Part shown: positions 53,797 to 64,000 of the stretch, piece by piece
Numbering within the stretch: the first letter of the stretch is position 1
Layout of the letters: each line of letters starts with the position of its first letter
Origin: Eledone cirrhosa
Taxonomy: Eukaryota
Reading direction: 5' to 3'
Assembly: GCA_964016885.1 (NCBI GenBank)
Contig: OZ024740.1
Span: 220,968,001 to 221,032,000 of the forward strand
Length of the DNA stretch: 64,000 nt
Position numbers and translations under genes: made by a program
The notes under the pieces: generated by a model
Told to the model about the DNA's origin: nothing
The model's input: only the letters and a program-made list of their open reading frames with translations
The model's database searches: none

Positions 53797-54638
53797 GAGT
53801 TCCTATTTTCCTAGGTGTGTTGTGGACTATGTCTCACTATATTTAGAGTTACATTTCTCCTAGATGTGTTGTGGATTATGTCTCACTATATTTAGAGTTA
53901 CATTTCTCCTGGATGTGTTGTGGACTATGTCTCACTATATTTAGTGTTACATTTCTCCTGTATGTGTTGTGGACTATGTCTCACTATATTTAGTGTTACA
54001 TTTCTCCTGGATGTGTTGTGGACTATGTCTCACTATATTTAGTGTTACATTTCTCCTGGATGTGTTGTGGACTATGTCTCACTATATTTAGTGTTACATT
54101 TCTCCTGTATGTGTTGTGGACTATGTCTCACTATATTTAGTGTTACATTTCTCCTGGATGTGTTGTGGACTATGTCTCACTATATTTAGAGTTACATTTC
54201 TCCTGGATGTGTTGTGGACTATGTCTCACTATACTTAGTGTTACATTTCTCCTGGATGTGTTGTGGACTATGTCTCACTATATATAGAGTATATACTTTC
54301 CTGGATGCGTTGTGGACTATGTCTCACTATATTTAGAGTTACTGCTCTCCTGGATGCGTTGTGGACTATGTCTCACTATATTTAGTTTTACATTTCTCCT
54401 AGATGTGTTGTGGACTATGTCTCACTATATTTAGAGTTACTGCTCTCCTGGGTGTGTTGTGGACTATGTCTCACTATATTTAGTGTTATATTTCTCCTAG
54501 ATGTGTTGTGGGCTATGTCTCACTATACTTAGTGTTACATTTCTCCTAGATGTGTTGTGGACTATGTCTTACTATACTTAGTGTTACATTTCTCCTAGAT
54601 GTGTTGTGGACTATGTCTCACTATATTTAGTGTTACAT
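53797..54638. repeat. 49-bp minisatellite, about 17 copies
   Basis: Unit gttacatttctcctggatgtgttgtggactatgtctcactatatttagt. Confidence 0.95.
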
Positions 54639-55228
54639 CACTCATGATTTACTCCTGACATGGCATTCATCGCTGGATGCTTTACCTATCACTAACCACT
54701 CTACAGCATGTACTGTGAACATTTTATTGCGGTGTTAGCACCAGAGAGTTTGTCATGTTCTTAGCAAGACTAAAGAGTCTTCTTCACTTTTTGTGATTTG
54801 TGTTTATCTGCCAACCACTATACAGAGTACATTAGGTACATTTTATTATGGTACAAGCAATTGGGAATTTGTCTTCTTCCAAGCAAGATTAACCAGCCCA
54901 TTGTTTCCATTCATTTGTTCACCAGTACTAGTGTCAGGTCTCATACCTGGCAGTTGGAACTTAAGAGTAATGAGAGAGGCCTAGAGAAATGAGAGAGTGA
55001 TAGAGATGAGGGCAATTAAAGAGAACCAGAGTAATAGAAGCAAGAGGATGACAGAAGAGAGATTTAAAGAAGAAAGACCCTTTTTGATACTAACTCACCC
55101 CAAACTGCTCCTGACTCTATGATACTAAGCAGGTTATTTTAAAGTGTTTATATTCATCTAAACACCTTCCTTCAAAATTCTATGTAAGAACCTTTGTTAA
55201 GTTATATTCCTAACATTAATTTAATAAT

Positions 55229-55420
55229 GGCCAGTGGATTGGCAGTATCGGTAGAGGGTCGGACGCCATGCTTTGACGCATAGAGTTACGGCCCTTGCCA
55301 TTCTGAGTTCAAATCCCGCCGAGGTTAACTTTGCCTTTCATCCTTATGGGGTCGATAAAATAAAGTACCAGTAATACACTGGGTAATTGCTGGCCTTGTG
55401 CCAAAAGTAGAAACAATTAA
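55229..55420 (+). mobile_element. SINE family 2 copy nested in a MITE
   Basis: Near-identical to 3460-3652; apparent target duplication attaatttaataatg on both sides. Confidence 0.8.
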
Positions 55421-57623
55421 TTTAATAATGAGAAAGTAATTTTACTAAACCCTAATAAAATCACAAGCAAAGTTTTTCATTAAAAATATGGTAATGAAAG
55501 GGTCAAGGTAGTTGAGATGTTCTACAGATTATTAGTTATCTTCTGATAAATATTCATTCGTAATGTGAGGAGAATAATAAAGAAAATCAAAATATTTTCA
55601 ATCAGGACTAAAATCTGTCTTTGATTTCCAATTTTTGTATAGAAAGGAGAGCAAAGAGAACTGCTATCTGAGGGAGATGATGGATCCTTTTAGTAGGTCA
55701 ATGAGCATTCAATTGTTTGATCAATTGAACAACTGACTCATGAATCAATATATGTAAGTGGCTGAGAATTCTGCAGACATGTGTACCCCTAATATAATCT
55801 ACAAGCTGAATGAGCATAACACAATATAAGGAGGCATGAACTTTGAATTACACAATCCATCCAATAGATTCCCACACAGTGACCATCTACCCAATTTCAC
55901 TCATAAGGCTTGCACACATTCATGACTATGCTTAATTGACTCTTGCCCAAGGTGCTAAATAGTGGAACAAAATTCAGGATCTCATAATTGAAAAGCAAAC
56001 TTCTAAACCACCCAGCCAGGCAAGTTTACTATCAACCACACTTATAATGTAGAAAATCATATGTATTTAAGATGTTTTAAGAATGTGAAATGGACAGTAA
56101 AATCTAGTTTAAATGAAAGCAATAAAAAAGTTTGTGTTACCTGGTGTTTATTAGTATTATCTTTTTTTTTGTCCTAATATTTTGGGACTTAAAAATCATT
56201 TCCTCACAAACTTTTTCATTGCCTTCATTTAAACTAAATTTTACTGTCCATTTGGCATTGTCTTACCCTTCTTAAAACATACCATTTTCTACATTATATA
56301 CTATACACAATGCTTCAAGCAAACTACAACATTCTATCATATAACTAGACTTATATTAAAAATATATTCCTATCACTTGTGATGATATCAAATTAATTTT
56401 TTCAGATGAAGTTTATCATGTTAAATATACATATGGATTTCTTATATAGACACAAGGTGATGGGTATAGCAATTTTTAAAAGTATTTAATCAGATAGAGA
56501 AGGAGCAGTGTCCATATCCCTTTTCAAAGCCTCTGAGACATGTGAGAGGTAGGAATGAAACCAAAAACCAGACCTAAATGTTTGCAACTGAGTGGATTAC
56601 ACTAAAACAGCCAAGGACCAAGTGGCAATGTTAAATTAGGCAATGGATTAAGTCTACTCAATCAGATTGATCATTGTGAGGATGGGATTTAAACTCTTGA
56701 TAATGTTACCTTCATTGAACAGAGTCAATGTAAGGTTATGCTGGTGTCACGACAAAATTCCTCAGTACACATAGTAAAATGGTAAGTGTAGAAACCAAGC
56801 CCCAAATAGAACAAACATGCAATGTGGGGTTCTCCAGCCCATCCAGTCTCACACTGTAGAATTCAAGATGTCTGGGGGAACTGGGCCACTGACAATGAAG
56901 TTTATGTCATTGCTGGTGGCTTGACAGTGAAGTATAAGGTGTTGCTTTAAGGGCACTTGGCTATTTCAATGCCTTAGTCATGCTATCATGAGGGCAAAAA
57001 CTAGCATTCCCAGTTCTAGTGTGTAACTGAGTGTTTGTCTTCATTGTTTTTTTTCTTTTTTCTGATACCCTTTTTATTATTTCTTTTATAATTCATTTGT
57101 AATCAAATTTTGGCAATTATTGTTAAGACTTATTTACTGGGCTAACAAAACCTCATTTCAAAATATATGGGGACCTTGTGAATGCAGTATGTAAAATGAA
57201 ATGCAACTACTATCTACTGTATACTGAAGAAAATTGGTTTTAAGATATTTTTTTTGTGAAGCAGAGAAATAAGTATTTGCGAGTCAGAATAACTTTATAT
57301 AAAAAGTCTTAAGTAAACAATAACACACAGTTCATCAGATCCAATATATTATAGCATGCAAGCATGTTCCATCAAATCAATATATATTTTTTAAATTCCC
57401 ATTAGAAAAAAAAAGAAAACAAAGAAAAACCAAATCTTCAAGGTTATATAAACAAAAAATTAATATTGATAAATCTATGAAGCGATGAATAAAATTTATG
57501 TAATATTGATATTTTTTTATATAATAATATTTACAGAAACTTACTTTTTCTAACAGTTTCCCTCATCTTGTGTTATCTGTGACAATTTTAATATACTCTG
57601 AGCAATACTTTAGAATACATGTG

Positions 57624-57669
<46 letters not shown>

Positions 57670-58709
57670 TGTGTGTGTATGTGTATCTGTATGTATGATA
57701 GTAGAATATATATATATAAAACTAAGTTTGAAATAGCTTTATAACTAAGGAAAAATTGTTCATAGCTTTGGGATTCACAGTGAGACTTAAAGTCATAATT
57801 AAGTATTCTTAATAATGCCCCATTTGATAACCTTAAAGAAAATGATTGTGTAGTTAGGAAATGCACTTCAAAATATTTCCCAAGGTGAATTAAGAACAGA
57901 TTCATATAATATTGTATAAGATATTGATAACAGGAGACCAAAGTCTCAAAGCTATTCAACCATAAAATTTGCTCTTTAAAATACTTTATTACTTCACAAA
58001 AATAATCAAAATTTCAGTATAATTATTTTATCATAACTGTGTATAAATACATACCCCAATCAATGGGCCATATACCCCAAACAAGTTATTATAATAGAGG
58101 ATAAAATTATATAAAATATAAACGTTGCTGGTGTTAGGAAGGGCATCCAGTTGTAAAAAAAACAGCCAAAATACAGTTCCATTTGAGTAAGGTATGGCGT
58201 GGTCAACTGGCCAGACTTGCCTCATAATGTGAAAAACCAGTCTAACCCATGCAAGCATGGAAAAATAGACAGTAAATGGTGAGGATGATGATGATATTAG
58301 AAATGCCAATAAAGATATACAGTTGGGGAGTTTTGATGTAGGTTCTCAGGTAAACAACTTCCATTGGTAATAAACCATTGACTAATCTCAATGTCAGTCA
58401 ATGGAATGATAAAAACAAATATGACACAAATCCTAAGAAAAATGTGTATAGTTGTACATAGGGATTAAGAACAAAATGCATAATAATTGTAAATCTAAAC
58501 AAGTTAGAAACAAAAATGGCCCTCTTAGAAACAGGTTTACCTACCATAGGTATCAAGAAAATTTGAAAGTTATCAAGGTGACCTGTTTAAGTTGACGCTG
58601 ATAAACATTTTATACAGTATGAGCCTCTTAGAACTAATACACAAATATATTAAAAAGTGAAGATTTCTAACAGTTGAGTTAATGGATCATCATTGAAGGT
58701 TTCCCTTCT

Positions 58710-59435
58710 ATAGAATGTACTGCAGATAAGTTAACCTAGATGAGTCTATAACTACCTATTGTAGGTAAGTTTGCCTAGCTGAGCTTGCAGCTCTCTATAC
58801 AGTGTGCCACAAGCAAGTTAGTCTAGCTGTGCTTGTTTAGCTCTATATAGAGTACTACAGATAAGTTTGTCTAGCTGAGTTTATATCTATCTATACAGAG
58901 TACTACAGATAAGTTTGTCTAGCTGAGTTTATATCTATCTATACAGTGTACTACAGATAAGTTTGCCTAGCTAAGCTTATACCAGTCTATACAGTTTACT
59001 ACAGATAAGTTAGCCTAAGTGAACTTATATCTGTCTATACAATGTACTACAGATAAGTTAGCCTAGCTGAGCTTATATCTGCCTATACAGTGTACTACAG
59101 ATGAGTTAATCTAGCTGAGCTTATATCTGTCTATACAGTGTACTACAGATGAGTTATCTAGCTGAGCTTATATCTGTCCTATACAGTGTACTACAGATAT
59201 AGCCTAGCTGAACTCGTATATCTCTATACAATGTCACATAAGTTAGCCTAGCTGAGCTTATAGCTCTCTATACAGTGTGCTACTAGAAAGTTAGTCTAAC
59301 TGAGCTTATATTTGTCTATACAGTATGGTACTGATAAATTAATCTAGATGAGCTTATATCTCTCTATAAAGACTGCTACAGATAAGTTAATCTAGCTGAG
59401 CTTGTCTAGCTCTATAAAGTGTGTAACAGATAAGT
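58710..59435. repeat. 48-bp minisatellite, about 15 copies
   Basis: Unit tacagtgtactacagataagttagcctagctgagcttatatctgtcta. Confidence 0.93.
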
Positions 59436-60587
59436 GTATGTAATCACACATATGTAAATTGGCACATCAAGTTCACTGTTACTGTCATATTTATGGGTTT
59501 ATAAAGCCTTTAGTTAGGTGTTTTTCCATGGGTTGTAAGAGATGTAGATAGTTTCTGATGATGATCCCAGAAAGAATGAAACACAGGTGAAATTGTTCAT
59601 CTTTTTCAATCTATGGAGAAAGACATAATCATCATTATGTTCACATGATTACATATATAAATGTATGTGATTTCTCACAGCTTTAGTTGAATCCTGTACT
59701 GTTTATATAGTAGTTACAATGTACCATGTATTTTGAACACCTCTGGTTTGTTTGGTCCCTGCACTGATTTCCTCTGCAAAATCAGAAAGACAGCAGCCCA
59801 CCTGAGGAAAGATCTCCGTGAGGTGGGGTGGTTGCAGTGAGTGATTTTATCTGTGTCACAGCTGAATCACCACTCAGAGGTGTAGAGTCTGTCCTCACTT
59901 TCCTTCTTTTTTGTTTTATTTAAATATTATTACTTTTCAAGTTAAATATTATTATATTATAGTTACTATCAATAAATATATTTTATATATAATTTTTCCA
60001 GTCGAAACAAAATTTTGCTCTATATACTCATGTATAAGTACATCCGTTTCCAAAATCCAGCATGTAACTCATCTATTCTTTTTAGCAATAGTTTTAAAGC
60101 TATATTCATATTTTGTTGCATTAAGCTATGTTCATAATAAATTGCCTGAAAATATATTGTTTATTATTATGATAAATGCATATATCTATGCCCGACTGGA
60201 ATTGTATGAGAATGCATGACATTTAATTGTGTTATTTTTTATAAACAAACTTGTTGAAAATATATAATTCTTTGCTTTTGTTTTTCATATGAATGTTTTT
60301 TTCCTTTTTAAATTTTACTGGCCATTTATATTTATAGCTAGAATGTACTTTATAACTAGATAGCACAATACAGTATTTTATGATTGAAATCAAAGTTGCA
60401 GTATGAAATTATTAAATCAATATGTATGTCTGTTAAGTATTTCCCACTTATGTAAAAATTAATTTCCATAATGGTTTTTCGCAATCCATATAAGTTGAGT
60501 GCTCTAATAATTGTGTGAATATCTGCATTCATTGATTAATATTCTGCCCCAGCATGGCCACAGTCTAATGATTGAAAAAAGTAAAAG

Positions 60588-61320
60588 AGTGGTTCTCAAC
60601 CCAGAGGTCACATACCTGAGGGTGTTGGCAATGATAATCAATGAGTCAGGTTAAACAATTTAAGTTATTTGATAGAAAAGAAATATATGCACACAATATT
60701 TGCATCCCATTCTTCTGAGTATAAACATTTCTCTCTTTTTTATTGTAATTCTAGCTGTATATGAGAATCTAGGATGGGAATAATTACAGGAGTTGGGTCC
60801 ATGGGAAAATTCATTTAAACAAAAAGGATCTTTGGTAGTGAAAAGTTTGAGAGCCATTGTTCTATAAGAATATTCCTCAAACAAGATATGTATTCAAAAT
60901 ATAGAGACAACAAATGGAAGAAACTCTCAAATAATGATGAAGCAGAACTCTTGAATGCTTTGTACAAAATTGTTTTACATTTATAATTTTATCGTCTACC
61001 TGACTAAGTAAACTGAGTTTCACAATTATTAGACTACAATAGTGGAGTCTGCAGACCCCTAGAGGTTCACAAAGGCTGCACTGGAGTTCCATGAGCTAAG
61101 TTCAAAATTTCAAGAAGCTGCAGAGTAAAATGTATAATTATTCACAATAAGACTGATAAAAATACATTTCCAAAATTTCAAATCTGGGAAAATAAGATTG
61201 TTGTTAGTGAATAAAATGGGCTTGTTGAGTAAGACAGAGCAGTCAAAAGCTTGGGATCTGTAGGGAAAATCCATTTAAATAAAGGGGGTTCTTGGTAGTG
61301 AAAAAGCTGGAAACCACTGA
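60588..61320. mobile_element. Degenerate hAT-like MITE ends
   Basis: agtggttctcaacc at 60588; matching 3' ends tttgagagccattg (about 60859) and ctggaaaccactg (about 61319). Confidence 0.4.
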
Positions 61321-64000
61321 ACTACAACATAGCCAAGACCACTATAGTCTTCCATTGTTAAACCAGAATATTACACCAGATAGGAAAAATATAATCATTT
61401 CTAAGGAAACTAAAGATGATGAAACTAGTCTGCAAGAATCAAATATGTCAATATTTATTAACATCTTTTCTTAGATGATACTGTGTTCAACAGCTTCACA
61501 TGACTAGAAAATTAACATTTTCAGATGGAAATTTAACCATTTTTACAAAGATATATGAAGAAATAATTGCCTAGAATAGATTTCCAAATACATAAGGTTG
61601 AAACAGGCTACAAGACGTTTGGCTGAATTTACCAAGAAAACAAAACCAAGAACAAAGTGATCCATTTTAACTATGCAGTAAATACAAATGGTAATTCTTG
61701 ATAATTATTAGGTAATTTCACAAAATTAATACCTTGTAGTTTACTTAAAGCATTCTCCTTTAATTATAGAAATATGAATGAAATGGAAACCACTTAACAT
61801 TGGGAGTTTGGAAAAAAAAATATTTTTAATATTTACTTTACTCATTTCAAATTATTTTTTTCTTCTGTTCATGATGAGAGTTTGTGCAAACATTTTGCTT
61901 TTGCAAACTAAAATCATGTTGAATATATTTGTTTTTCTCCAATTGTACAATGTTAAATACCTTTCATTACTTTCCAATTTATGTCAAATAGTTATTTTTT
62001 TTATTTACTTCAATGAAAAGTGAGTTAAACAGAATTATTTTTGAAAAAGAATTCTTCTATCAGGAAGGTTTTGAAGCTATTTAACAAATGTCTATTATCT
62101 TTTCTACAAATATATTATTTATCAACAAGTAGATGTTCCAGTAGAATCTTCCAAGAAGATTCTAAAGAAATTTTATTCACACATGAAGATGTCCCCTGGC
62201 TGGTCTAGCCTCAGAAAATGACAAACCCTCTAACCTATGTAAGCATGGAAAATAGATGTTAAATGGTGGTGGTGGTGGTGGTGGTGGTGGTGACGATGAT
62301 GATAATGATTCCCTTCCATTAAAATATTTGGTCTCTGAATTATACTTACCAACTAATACAGTGTAGGTCTATTGACAGTGGAGTGGATCACTCACTTAGG
62401 CCTTTTTTATACCTTCCTCTAGCTGGGGTTGCATATTTCTCCACTAGAATGTAGAATTTCCCTAACTGAGATATTGTCCCCTTGTATATATCTTGACAAA
62501 AGCTGATGAGGTAGAAGTTGTAGGGATCCAAGACTTTCAAAGTTTGTGACTGCTACAAACCAACCTTCCATAATATAGGGATGGAAATTTTGTTATAAAA
62601 GCTTAATCCTCTAAATGAGAGCAACACCAATGAAGGTAGCATCCAGGGCTCCATTCTTTGGACATTGACCAACCTGTGTTTGGTCTGAGGCTGTCTATTT
62701 TTAGCATATTTGCAGCTAAACCTCATTTCAGACGGCTGTTCCTCTATCTGGCATTTGGGAATTCAGTATAAGTACAGATTTATTTGACCCATAGACTGGG
62801 ACCTTAGGTACTATCACTCTGGGCCAGAGTGGATCTGGGAGTAATGACAATAAAGGGGTGATTCCACACTCCTAAGAACTCCAAAACCAGAGCCACTGGA
62901 TGGGTTACATATAGACTCAGAATTCAAATATTAGAAATTGTGAGTTAAGATATGGTATGTAATCATATGCTAATCAACATCATTGTTTGACTACAATATC
63001 AGATCACAAAATCCTCCTACATCCATTGCAGCTTTCATAATCAGTTATGATACCATGGCTAGGTGATTAGCTATGACCATCAGTTGCATTTGAATCCCCT
63101 GGAGGAAATTTGAATTCAGAATGCTAAGTAGTAGAACAGATATCATAATACATATTATCCGATGCTCTAATAATTCACAGACTGATACTTTATTTTACCA
63201 AACACCAAAAGGATGAAAGATAAAGTTGACATCAGCAGGTTTTGAAGTTAAAGTATAGAGAAGCAGAATAAATAATACAATATATTCTATCTGCCAATTC
63301 ACCACCTATTGAATTTTAATTGTAAATTGTAAATTAAATGGCTTCAGTGCTATATTTCTTCATGGACAAGAAAATGATAACCATTCATTTAATGAAATAA
63401 ATTATTCAAATTGGTTAGGGACATGAAAATAATATCTACTTCTATCTTTCGTTAAAAGATAGCAAAATAAACATCTCTAGAGATTACTTTTGATAATTGG
63501 TCTGGTAGCTTATAAGATTATATAAATAGAATTTTCATTTACACTTATTTAGAAATACGTGTTATATACCTACCATATTGGAAGAATATTCACATAGAAG
63601 CAAGAAGAAAATTAGCAAACATTATGATGCAGATAAAAATACACACAATATTGCAGAAACTATTCTTCATTGCATCAGCATGATATCATAACAATAAGAA
63701 AAAAAAGATAGACTATTTGAAATTGTCAAATATTACTTACTATATTACTATATAGTACATATCATATCATACCATACCATACCATACCATACCATACCAT
63801 CACCAATATTAACAAAATATCAATAAAAGAATGTCACTATTCCCATCACAAACATGCAACAGAGCAGAATATGCATTCATGATTTCGATGAGAACTAAAT
63901 CGAGGCAAGATCAGGTAACAATTAAAATTTAACTTGTGTTATAGAGAGGACTTTTACTTCTGAAAACACAAAATACAATTTCATCAAAGATATAAAGCAG

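Noticed and set aside
53797-54638. CRISPR-like regular array (also 58710-59435)
   Set aside because: Units are contiguous with no unique spacers, there are no cas genes and the context is eukaryotic; these are minisatellites.

Overview
AT-rich animal genomic DNA; the SINE/LINE repertoire looks cephalopod/octopus-like (inference). The only host gene is a K-Cl cotransporter (SLC12A4-7/KCC family) on the minus strand: ten exons (26659 down to 331, about 454 codons) that splice in frame. The gene runs off the left edge and its first exon was not identified. The intron at 2628-6411 is U12-type. The rest is intronic or upstream DNA full of SINEs, TTAA-flanked MITEs and minisatellites. From about 33.2 to 53.5 kb lies a nest of retroelements sitting in (TA)n tracts: four 5'-truncated RTE LINEs with a PHD finger inside the RT, a near full-length CR1/L2-group LINE with an unusual Myb/SANT-like + CCCH ORF1, a second CR1-group fragment, and several non-coding repeat families carrying type I hammerhead ribozyme (HHR) motifs. 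The HHR repeats occur as tandem 422-nt monomers and as fold-back palindromes (Penelope-like/retrozyme-like). The long Y/I/H-rich ORFs are microsatellite artefacts. All calls were read by eye; no searches or folding programs were run.
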